This document shows positions 52,588 to 64,000 of a stretch of 64,000 bases of DNA, piece by piece. The position numbers were made by a program, and so were the translations under genes. The notes beneath the pieces are model-generated. The model did not search any database. It worked only from the letters and a program-made list of their open reading frames with translations, and was not told the DNA's origin. Every line of letters starts with the position of its first letter. Position 1 is the first letter of the stretch. Origin of the DNA: Botryllus schlosseri (Eukaryota); assembly GCA_051294905.1 (NCBI GenBank), contig CM119372.1, forward strand, positions 27,592,001 through 27,656,000, given 5' to 3'.

Positions 52588-55260
52588 CCCCCCATAATTT
52601 TGGTTTATCACTGTGTAGGGAGGGGGGAGCCCTACGTTTTTTTTTGGAGGGGGCTGACGATGTGCAGCCTCGGTCCTTGGAACAGGTTTTAGTCTCGGCT
52701 ATTCCTAGTTTCTATGCAGTGGATGTGTATCTAGGCTCGTTATCGCCGATCCTGCTGTAATGCAACGTCGCATAAGACCCGAGGAAGAGAGAATTGAACT
52801 GAACTGAATCTTATTTGCAGAGACTGACTGACTGAATAGTGGGCGTGCACTGGCATGAAATGTCGTCTGCAAAACCAGAGCTACAACTTTGAACTTGTCT
52901 ACTTTGAAAACGCTCAGTCTTCCTTGTATCAAAATATCGACTGCAACAGGCGTCGTATCGTCTTTTTGCGGACCCATATGACAAATATTTGGGAATTTGT
53001 ACAGTTGTAGAACTATAGTAAGGCTGCCACTAGCCTACGATAGCGTAAACTCTAGTCACTTCGCTTGTGGTCAATCTATTTCTGACACAATATTGGAAGC
53101 TCAGTAAGACCAGTCTTGGCAATCGTTGAATGACTATCCTTGATTTCAAAGGCAATCGCCACGTGTCAAGTACATATATAATATATACATACACACACAG
53201 TAGCCTACATTGTACAGCGAGTTTCGGGAACCTATGGGCCGCAAGCCGCATATAGGTATTCTTTTATGTTGGGCATATCGCTCTTTGAGAAATAGAAGTT
53301 GTAAGTTATCGAGAAACACGATTTTCATGAATCACAATTCCCTGTAATCTTGTGTATGATACTTTCCAACAGAGATATAATTCGCGTCGGTCTTTGAACG
53401 GCACACATTGCATTCGATTTCATATTGATGCGACGTTTGATTACTAAATAATGACTATCTATTCGACCTTTTCCGTTATGCAAAATTAGTAGGAATCGAC
53501 CGAATATTTACAGCACTGCGTTAGGGAAAATGAGAGCATACCTGTCAACTAATAGAAGTCTGCAAATTGATAAGTTGATTGAGACACTTTCTTAAAATGG
53601 AATGTATTTATTATTCCGTAAAACTGAGATCTGCTATCACGGCAAACCAGCCGTCGGATTGCTGAAACATGTCGTATAGATTTATATTTCACGCTTTGAA
53701 CATCGGTGACACATCTCATCGGACTGATCCAACACATAGCTTCTCAAAGATACATGTTCCGGTCGGAATGTGTCATAGTGTGAGATATCGGTACTTTCCA
53801 AATTTGAATTTGCTTTGCTCGTCAAAGCAATCAATAAAATCGAGATCACCGTTAAATTACGAAGTATTGGGGTTTTAGTTGAAAGGGGATTTGTGATAGT
53901 CAGGTATCGGCATGTAATGATCACACGCGACACAACGTAGTTCGAGTAATGGTCGGGTCAATGTGGCTGTTTCATCATCACGTCTGTTTTCAATATAGAA
54001 CATATAATGATCACGACAAATCCCATTATTTAGTGATCTTAGATATCGTGACACCAATGTATCACGAGCTTCGAAATTTAATTGTCATCGTTGTATTGCT
54101 CCCCGCAAATAGAAAATATAGGATCAATACGACTTCTTTGGCGACCCCTATTATAGAGGTACAGCGATTTAGTCGACAGCAATTAATTATTGACTTGAAA
54201 TATAACTTTACGATTCAAGTCATGTGTCAATCCACATTTCTGAAACTATCAGCCAAATCAAATGAAGTCATTTTGCAAAGTAAGAGTAAAGTCATTTGAA
54301 AAAGTTCACTTGAGTCAGCTCAACACTGATATAATCTCGCCAACGCATTTCCTGTCCCGAATTCTCAGTGCATATCATCTACTCAATAATTTGGAGTCAT
54401 CGCAAAGGATTTTAATAACTTGACTACGATATTGTAATTCGCGACTAAATTTATATATTAAGCAGCAATCCCATTTATTTTGAATATGAAGCCTCATTTT
54501 AGCTGTCCTGTCATGATTATAACAGGTGAATTTTCAATCTTACAGTGCAGTGCTTTTCAAACTTTTTGAGCACCATTCGGACTTGGTTCGCGAAATAAAT
54601 TTCATCCACGCAAACCTACCTAAAATTATTTTACAAAAAAGGAAAATGGATACGGAACAATATATTGTCCCGATGCGAAACAGGCAGGCCACTGCTTCAG
54701 GCCTTCAAGTGTCATATTAAAAATACAACTATTTTCCCTCATTTCGATTTCAACTACAGTCAACCAAAACCCTTTTTGGTCGAATAACTTCTGGATTTTG
54801 TACAAGAGCTTCTAGTCTAGTGCTTGGATGGTTAGATCTTTATGAGAATCTTCCAGTCCTCCTATCCAAAATAAAACGTATTTTCTGCAAGTTAAAATGT
54901 TTCCTGGAAGCGCAATCGCTTTTATGAGTGTGACACAAAGGTCTCAGAGGCTTAAGTTCATCGAAGGGGTGCAAAACCCAGATGACTTAGAAAATAACCT
55001 CCAAAACTATTTAGAAGAGTATGCAAATTATAGAGCTTTCTGCTTTATGATATGCTGCTCCAATTTAGGTTCTGTTTTTATTTCAATTTTCCATGTTCTG
55101 TCCCACGAGTAAATGAGAAGAACAAGGAAAGCGACGTTGTCGTGTGTTCGGCTCTCGCTCTATCTATCTTGAAAGTTCATAACAGTTCGATAACTCTAAC
55201 GCAGTGGTTCTTGAATTTTTTAGACTGCGACCTAAATCTGATTCATAGTAAAGCCTACAT

Positions 55261-56950
55261 CAGTGGATCTCAACCGTTGATCCGGGGACCGGTGCCAGTC
55301 CGCGACGACATTCCTGCCGGTCCGCCAGTTATATTAAAATTGTATAGGCCTACCTGAATTTCAAAATGCAATACTTCGAAGGCTTGTCCATTGATAAAAA
55401 CCAATAAAGCTTCAATTGGTAACCTAATTTATAACTTCGTGAGGTAACATTATAGGTCTGGAAACATGTTCGATTTGACTTGAAGTTTCACGACGTGTCA
55501 TTTGACGACAGGCGAGTGAAGTGCGAGCTGACTCGCTAATTCGCTTAGTGTGGGCGATCATTCGTTTTCGATTCATTCATTCTATGGAGGACTGTAACTG
55601 GGGCATTCCAAACCCCAATTCGAAAGGGGCCAAGCTTGAAGTGAGCATAAAATTGTTTTCCGAATGAATCAATATGAATATGAATATGAATATGAATAAG
55701 TCATAGAGTATTTTTTTTAACTTTGTCCAACATTTCTCAATTCATTTTCAATCCATGCGCGATTTAGTGACAATAAATGTCTTTCTCAGTTGGCTTCCTT
55801 TTTCAAGAAATAGGGATGAGTTATAGAAATAAGCATTTCGGCGTCAGCCATTACCGCGCCACGACGCACCAACCAATAATGAAAGTTCAGGCTAAGATGG
55901 CCGAAAACTTCGATATATTTATGTCTAATTGTCCATATTCACCTAGATGGCTGGAGCCGAGTCTAGCTGTATTGGCAGTCTGTATACCACACTGGACAAA
56001 CGCCATCACACCAAGAAAAGTCATTTGCCCGTGAAGAAATGCCAACTCGGAATCGTGTGCGGCTTTTAGTTTAGTAGGCTACGCTTGAGCGATTTTAATA
56101 TCTATCCACCATATAAAAGAGAGTAGGTCATGAAATAATGATATGCAACGATGTAATTATTTCAACAGGCTCACTCGAATATACCTAATTATTTTCAAGC
56201 GCTCTCAATTTTCCAATACGACACATCACTCAACTCTACCGAAAGTTTAAAGCAATATATACCCAATTACCAATATTACCAATATTTTTGACTGATTCAG
56301 TCATGAATGATCAAAAATCTTCGCTAGCGGAGCGACTAGGCTACATAAACTCTCTGCTTACGCTGAGTACAATGAATATGCTCACAATACCGGTGAAAAC
56401 ATCCATCTAACTGTGAGGTCTGAGGGAGAAGCCCCCTCCCTGTGGAGGCCCAAGACCAACGTTTTGGGGTGGTCTGACGAAGTGCTTTTTCGGCCCGGAT
56501 TTTGTACATGGCCGGTATAGCTGTTGTCAGGTGTTTTCTTGCGGCGCATTGTATTCGTTGTATCAAGAGTAGCCTACGTCTGGTGGTAGGGGGCAATGAG
56601 CTTGGTGGCACAATAAGGTTATTGGTTGGACCCCGAAACGCTTCTTCTCTCAATATTGTAAAATAGAATAATATTATTCGAGTGCGCGTGGTCGGTTAAA
56701 CCCATGTCCTTTGGCGAGAGAGCAAACTACATGGTAATTTTACCTAGATTCAGCAGACGCACTACCGTAAAACCTCATGGATGCTATCATGAACATATTA
56801 TCGCTCCAAAACCCTCCCTTAGCGACATATACTTACAATTACCGGTTGCATACTTTACATTTTGCGACGCTTTCAATTTTTGTTCACCGGGCTCCAAATA
56901 CTTTTTTAAAATTTTATCGGTTCGCAAGGTGAAAAGGTTGGGAACCACTG
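55261..56950. mobile_element. hAT MITE containing a degenerate family-A copy
   Basis: CAGTGGATCTCAACC / GGTTGGGAACCACTG; TSD GCCTACAT/GTATACAT. Confidence 0.7.
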
Positions 56951-59438
56951 GTATACATGACATTTTGAGACCCAAGCCCAACATATTAAAAAGACTGCAT
57001 TTCGAAGATTACGATAGTATCCTACTGCACGGCACAGTTCTTCGAAAGATGTCTGACATCTGGGATATTAAATTTGGGTTAATTAAGGTTCGTCTGTGCG
57101 TTGCATTTGTACTACTGTCTGCTCCGATTGCGAGGACGGGACTATCACTGCATGGTACCGACTGCCGACTTTTTCGATGACCAAGCATATCAACGAAAGT
57201 TTTTGCCGACCGGCGACGGTTATTTTTCACCGTGGTTTTCTGCCGTCGATCGCTTTGGCACCGTATTTTCCCAGCGGTATATTGCCCACAACTTCATGTC
57301 TTCATGTTTCCCAAATAAGAAGGCGTTGGCCACGAAATGAATATATCTGAAAGGCTCGCACCCGCACGTTGCACACCCCACAACAAAAGCATTCAAAAAT
57401 TTATTCGACTATGATTTCAAGATGAGCTAGCCGGATAGAACTTATGATTAATCCATATCAATTTGTGTAATACAAACTACAAAGGTTAGCACATTTTTAT
57501 TACTAAGCCACATTTTCTGCGTATATCCTTATGGGTTACTGTACCCAACTATTCAAAGGATATAGCGCGAAGAAATTCTTTTGTGAGAAATTCAACAAAC
57601 ATTCCATACATATTACAGATTGCTCGTTTGCCGTTGTGACCCGAAATTATACCCTTTGCGACCATACTGTGGGAATCATTAAACTGGAGAAATTTGCGTG
57701 AGAGACAGTAATGGTTGCATTTATCATTATCTTTACGCTTCGTGCTAATCGAACCGTTGACAAGAGGTAGGGACCCAGTGCAGCACGTGAATTTCCTATT
57801 AGGATTATTTGAATTATTTCACGTTAAAAAAGTAACAATTATTTAGGATTTTCATCCGCACTGCAATATTTGCCATCCGCACAAGTGCGTTCCATCCCAC
57901 GGACTGAATAGCACCGATCTATACTATCTGATTTACTTACTAGCAGAGCTGGATACTATCGAAATCGACACAATCATCGTCGCGGTTACCATGAGTACGG
58001 TAAAATTTGCCATCCTGTCGTGCATTCCGCCGATTTTTCTTCTGGGTTAAAAATTACTAAGCACTGAATGGTGCAAAATAAGTAAAAGTCAGAGTAGGTT
58101 CAAGAGTTCAAGAATTGTTTGACCATGTATATTAAGTGCGGGGGCTTAGCCTCTGAATAACGTTCATGTTAATATATAACAATGGTTTACCGACATCCGA
58201 CAGATCGACCGAAATAAATGACGAACACGAGACATTGTATTCGGAGCCACGATAACGATGAATTCAATTGCTGAATGAACAATTAAAAGGTTAACTTCGA
58301 GTGATTATACAAACTTCTTAAAACAATGTAAAAACTTCGATCTGATTTAAAATGAATATACTTATTCACTACAGGTAGAGAAATGCATGTCTGTATTTAA
58401 AAATATAAATAGCTAGGGATAGTGATGATACAGATTATTATACATCGATAAACGAATTTTTAATTCATGGCGTATTAATGGTTGTTATTAATTGGTCAAT
58501 AATAATTATAGTGATTTGGACGAAATACACCATACCAATCTTTCAGGGGCAGTGTGAGACAGTGTTAGGTTTGTCTGCCTTATAAGTACAATGACTTGCC
58601 AATAAAGTAACCTTCGAAAATCAAAATAAAACTATCCTTTTCATCACTGTATACTTACTAGAAAATACACAGGTATACTATCACATTTAACACAGTCACT
58701 AGTGTCTACAATTGCCCTTTGTTATATATACTGAATAATATAAATTACTCTGTAGAACCAAGCCTTAAGGTCACTGCAACAACACATGAATGTTCATTTT
58801 CAGATTTCGTCGCGGCGAGTATACTAGGTCCAGCCTATATTAACACTGTTCGATGAGATTTAACCCGGACCTATCAGCTGAATTTGTTCTCTCTAGTAGT
58901 ATATTCATCTAAGTTCTTGAATTTCCTGAGTTTGTTTGCGTTGTAGTCCGTGGCACACAATACGTTAACAGGTGATAAGTCCCAATGAAAACCTTTAACG
59001 ATACTAATAATATTGATTGAGCATGATAATATCACAATGGCGATATGAATAGTAGTGTCGTCAAGGAAGTCCTGGTGCATCACGTGAGGTATACTCAATC
59101 ATATGACGTACTTTACATGACCTGGAAAATATCATTGATAGACTTTTAATATACAAGTAAAAATGCTTCCGCAAATGACATAAACGATATAAGTCAGGGT
59201 ATGCATTGTGAAACCTATGGTCTGCCGAGACATATTCGGAACCGGGAAGTAGTGCTAAGATTCAATGCAATATAGGGCACCGAGTCTGCTTTCTAACACT
59301 AGAACTACAGGAACTTCAAACTACCTAAACCTACCTTAAGGCTTTTTGGCGCATGTTGAATTTTCTTCAATTAAATTCATTCAACGGAGCTAAAAATCAG
59401 CACAAATCTAAACAAACGGCATCAGAAACCATTGTTTA

Positions 59439-60289
59439 TTGAGCTCACAGCTTTACGGGTCGCATTGCGTACGCGATTCTTTTACCTTCGCTGATGAGAT
59501 GCGTCGCTCACAGCTATCCGCGCGCGATAATTTCCTATGCTCATTCGACATAAAGAGCCTTTTCACCAACGTGCCACTAAATGAGACGTTGAATATTTGC
59601 GCTGATGCTCTATATAACGGTAAGCTAATACCCCCTCTTTTCTCGAGAGCTACCTTCATCGAATTGATGAGAAACGCTGTGTGTTCTGTTGAATTTAGTT
59701 TCAACATAATCATGTTCCGGCAGGTTGACGGTTTAGCAATGGGGTCACCATTGGGTCCTATCCTAGCCAATATATTTGTAGGATTTCATGAAGGTAAGCT
59801 CTTCTCTTCTTGTAGTAAACCGCCCTTATCATACCATCGCTATGTCGATGACACGTTCGTGATCTTCAATAATGAATCTGACTGTGATAGTTTCCTAGAA
59901 AATTTGAACAAATTACATCCAGCATTGCAATTCACGTCGGAAAAAGAAATCAATAACCGGCTGGCATTCCTTGACGTTCTTGTGGAGAAACGGGATGGCC
60001 AATTCCTTACCTCCGTTTATAGGAAGCCCACGTTTTCGGGTCATTACCTTCGATGGAGCTCTTTCAGTCCAAAAAGTCGTAAAATCAATTTAATCGGCAG
60101 CTTGGTTCACCGGGCGTTGGTGATTTGTTCCGAGGTCAAATTGAATAGTGAACTTGATTACATCCGTAAAATTTTCATTGACAACGGATACCCTGAGTAT
60201 GTCATCAAGCGGACAATAAATAATAAGTTAAGTCATCGGAATGATACCAAACCAAATGAAACCCCCGAAGAAGTCTTTCGTGAAAATAG
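59439..60289 (+). pseudogene. Penelope-like RT, 5' segment
   Basis: Penelope-type RT motifs; frame runs to ...EEVFRENR at the LINE junction. Confidence 0.9.
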
Positions 60290-62040
60290 AGAGAGAGAGA
60301 GAGACTTTATTTTCATCGAACCAAAATACATAACAAACGGCAGTGATGGTGGTACAGAAAATATGCGTGCACAGTATTCGGTATTAGATAGGAATGATCT
60401 ATAAGACCGTGAAGGTCATCTAGTCTGATCACACCAGCATCAAACATGTACACTTGACTCTGAACAGTCTGGCTGTAAAGAAATGTTTAGTTAAAGGAAA
60501 ATAGAAAAAAAATTAAACAATGGTAGCAAATGATCAATGAAGCAATGTCTGGGCGAGGTAGGGCAACAGTGTTAGTGTAACGACAAGAGGTGATCAAGTA
60601 GGGCTTTTTTGAATCTATTATAAGGCAATTCACGGATATGTGGTGGTAATGCATTCCAGATGATAGGTCCCGAGTAGTCGATAGATCTCTTAGTTAGGTT
60701 GCTATTGGGTGGGGGTAAGTAGATGTTTCCTTTAGACGAGGATCTCGTGTAATGGGAACGGACATGTTTAGCAGGTATGAAAAAGTCATCAAACACAGGA
60801 GGCAGACTATTGGAAAAATATTTGTGAACAACTTTTGATACTTCGAAGCGATATAGCTCATCAACTCGCAAAATTCGATGCTTACGGTAGTAAGGCGATA
60901 AATTGGTATGTAAAGGTACAGATGAGATCAGCCGTATCGCACGGTTTTGCAGGGTTCGAATTCTGCACAAAAATGTTGTGCATGCATTTCCCCATACTAC
61001 GATTCCATATTGCAGATGAGAGTGGAAAAGAGAGAAGTAGATGGTTCGTAGCACTGATCTGGAAACCAAAGATTGGAGACGGGTCATTATTCCCACACAC
61101 CGAGCTAGTTTTGATATTGTGCATTCAATATGCTGCTTCCAAGACAATTTGGAATCAATGGTGACGCCGAGATATTTTGCTGAGTCACATATGGAGATTT
61201 GTTTATGATTGATGTTCACAGTGAAATTATGACTGGCATTATTTAGAACGAGCATCTCGGTCTTATCTGCATTCAAACTTAGTTTGTTTGCTTGGAGCCA
61301 TCTCGACACTTTTGGGAGTTCCATATTCACAGATGCATGCAAACCATCGACAGTGTTGGAGGTTATGAAGAGGTGAGTATCATCAGCAAATAGTGTTGTC
61401 CGGAATAAAGATGCATTAACAATGTCGTTAATATAAATGAGGAAAAAAGTCGGTCCAAGGACAGAGCCTTGTGGCACTCCACAAGTTATATCTCTGGTAG
61501 TCGTTCTTAATGACCCCAGTTTAACAAATTGTTTGCGGTTTGCCAGGTAGCTTTCAAGTAGAGTTGCTGCAATACCCCTGATTCCATAGTGTTCTAGCTT
61601 GTATCTTAAGATTCTGTGGTTAACTGTGTCGAAAGCTTTGCGGAGATCGATAAAAATGCTGCAGCCACTTTCTTTTTGCTTGATGGTTTTGTAAAAGTCC
61701 GTTACAATTGATAGTATTGCATGGTTGGTGTTGTGGTTGGATCTGAATCCATGCTGAGTCGGAGACAGTACGGCATTCAATTCAAAAAAGTTCTTTAGTC
61801 GGCAGTCAATCAGTTTCTCAAAAACCGTGGCAAGATTTGGCAAAACAGATATTGGTCGGTAGTTAGAAATTAGCTTTTTACAGCCTTTCTTAAACACTGC
61901 TGGCATTACTCTGGCAGTTTTCAGTGCATCTGGGAAAATGCCTAGACGTATCGACTCATTAAATAAAATGCATATAACATCACCAATAATATTAAAGACT
62001 AGCTTCAGAAAGTGAGTTGGGATGAGATCGGGTCCTACTG
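60290..62040 (-). mobile_element. 5'-truncated L2/CR1-type LINE with open RT frame (60572-62040) and (CT)n tail
   Basis: VGPDLIP, NYRPISVL, QHGFR, DLRKAFDTV, GVPQGSVLGP, LFADD, YLGV; 3' end AATAAAG(TC)n on minus; no TSD. Confidence 0.92.
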
Positions 62041-62578
62041 GGATGTGTACATTCATCTACCTTGGATTGGCCCGGTTTCTTATCGATTTGAGAAACAGAT
62101 CACTTCAGCAGTCCATCGCTGTTATCCAGCGGTGAAAACCAATGTTGTTTTTACCACGATACCAATGTTTCCTGCAGTCCGAAAGGACGTTCTCCCGGCT
62201 TTACAACAAAGTAACGTCATTTATGAATTCAAGTGCCACTGCGATTGTCGGTACGTAGGGAGAACTTCCAAACGGTTGCAGGACCGAATTAAAGAACACA
62301 TCCCACCGTCTGTCAAATCATATATCTCGAAATCGCAGCATAACAATCCGCTTGTTCTAGAACATAACCAGGCCATGAGTCAAAAATCTTCTATTGGCAA
62401 ACATTTACTAGAAAATCATACGTGTGCTGCTAACTACCACGAGGACATGTTCTATGTATTGGCTAAGGGTCGCAATTTATTTCATTTGTCTGTTCTTGAG
62501 TCCACCATCATCATTATGAGTAAACCTAGTTTATGCCAACAGAAAGAATTTGTGTATCATTTGAAAATCGCGCATTAA
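62041..62578 (+). pseudogene. Penelope-like linker plus GIY-YIG endonuclease, 3' segment
   Basis: DVYIHLPWIG, VIYEFKC-CDC-YVGRT, IGKHL, LES...KPSLCQQ. Confidence 0.9.
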
Positions 62579-62720
62579 CTTGTTTGGCTTCGCTATCTCC
62601 ATGCCAACGCCTCAGTTCTCTCGTTTTCCTAACTTTGTATATTTTCTGTGTGCCGTCATAATTAGCGATATATATTGTTGCTGAACATAGTTATTCGAAT
62701 TCTCGCATTATTGCTGACGA

Positions 62721-62760
62721 TATTCCCCTGACGAGCGTCAGCCGAAAAGCTTCGGGAATA
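62721..62760 (+). ncRNA. Type I minimal hammerhead ribozyme
   Basis: Stem I TATTCCC/GGGAATA, core CTGACGA...GAAA, palindromic stem III AAGCTT, cleavage triplet UUC at 62753. Confidence 0.85.
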
Positions 62761-63439
62761 AATATGAATATTTTATTCACAGCTACTTGCAATATTTTAG
62801 ACACACCGTAGTGCAACACTTATATAACAAATCCCCGTTTTTTTTGGTGTAACATATAAGTGTTTTTCTGGTGCGCATTTGGTATTTGAGAACGTTCTTT
62901 AAAAATTTGGAGTAGGTTCCAGATCCGCTTCAGCGACATCAACATTCTTGGTTATTGCTGACATATCGCAAAGCTTGTCAGATAAGATTTGCATAATGCA
63001 ATCTCGCAACTAATCCTCGATTGGCATATTTTTATAGTATCATAATTTTGGCAAGTATAGAAAATCATTCACATTCTAAGAAAACATGCACGGACCATCG
63101 TCGACTTGTTGGTACCCTAATAGAATACTGCCTTTCAACCTGGCCAATAATATCCCCCTGGTTTTGTTTCGTTATTACATTCAACCGTCACTGCTTTCTT
63201 GTTTGTGTTGTTTCTGAAGGAAACAGCCTTCTTCGATTTTCACACGCTGTTCGCTGTGGGATATAATACCTAATTCGAAACATTTTGTTGTAAATAACCA
63301 CAGCATGCGTGACGGTAGTGCTTTAACGGGAATATGGTGATCTAAAAGTACGCGCAATTCGTTTTACATGAATCATAATAGCTCACTACAGTTATGAAAA
63401 CATATGCAGTAAACATCGTCGCGTATAGCGCAACCAAAA

Positions 63440-63615
63440 ATTTCGGTATGTTACATGTTTTGAGCAACGTTGATTACTTGCTCTGAATGCTCATTAAAGA
63501 TTTGTCCTACTAACGTATCATCTACTGCGAAACCATTTGTCTTCAGCGACCTCCATATCGCCCCCTGACCGTTTCCGTGCCTAGGGGGCGCTAGAGGCAA
63601 GGTCAGGAACCACTG
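63440..63615 (-). mobile_element. Family-H terminal fragment
   Basis: Reverse-complement similarity to about 7983-8190, ending GGAACCACTG. Confidence 0.7.
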
Positions 63616-64000
63616 GCGTATAGTGATTATCGTTGGTTGATTAGGAGCTGTGTGCTTCATCATCTATATGTTGATTGGGCGTCGCCTCTCCAGGTCGGTT
63701 GGTTTGCTGTATATACGTTGTTGGATACGTTGCGTTATGTGTGGTCGCTATAGAGTCACTAACTTGTGTTTTTATCGTGCAGGCTTGTCTCTATATCTAA
63801 CTCCAACATCATGCAGGCTATCACTATTTTAAAACCTAATTTCACGATCCAGTTTAATTTGCTGAATTTGGACATTCCTTCGTTACATCAGTTATAGCAA
63901 TACATATCATTTATACCTTCATCTAGATTAGTGGTTCCCAAATGGTGGGGAACTCCCCAGTGGTGGAGAATTCTATGAGTTTTGATTGGGAATAGACGGA

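Larger units (their letters stand above)
59440..62790 (+). mobile_element. 5'-truncated Penelope-like retroelement (RT + GIY-YIG) interrupted by an L2/CR1-type LINE
   Basis: RT: SFDIKSLFTNVP, GLAMGSPLGP, RYVDD, FLDV, VYRKPT; endonuclease: NVIYEFKCHCDCRYVGRT...RIKEH; hammerhead plus AATAAA in the 3' region; ends approximate. Confidence 0.92.

Noticed and set aside
53630..53680. GAAACATGTC hammerhead-like half motif (also near 35690)
   Set aside because: No CUGANGA core
58874..59098. 74-aa ORF near splice-like signals
   Set aside because: No coherent open exon frame or homology
60290..60404. C-terminal extension of the 59439-60404 ORF
   Set aside because: Read-through into the inserted LINE tail

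Overview
AT-rich eukaryotic (probably marine-invertebrate metazoan; taxon not determinable) genomic DNA made almost entirely of transposable elements. No host gene is confidently identified, only two weak exon candidates. Retroelements: an intact, GC-rich RTE-type LINE with TSD (4510-7718); a young Gypsy LTR element with identical 180-bp LTRs and one nonsense codon in integrase (48300-52587, minus); a 5'-truncated Penelope-like element (RT + GIY-YIG) split by an antisense L2/CR1-type LINE and ending in a hammerhead ribozyme (about 59440-62790); an L2 relic; tRNA-derived SINEs. DNA elements: two decayed Buster/Charlie-type hAT transposons and many non-autonomous hAT elements with 8-bp TSDs, forming deep nests (13815-24631, 26536-32709, about 42075-45990). 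The most interesting signals are RNA-structural: a pseudoknotted minimal hammerhead in the Penelope 3' repeat, and a Gypsy element whose tRNA primer site is replaced by a sequence complementary to its own LTR (self-priming and/or poly(A)-signal occlusion). All coordinates were read by eye; no searches were run.
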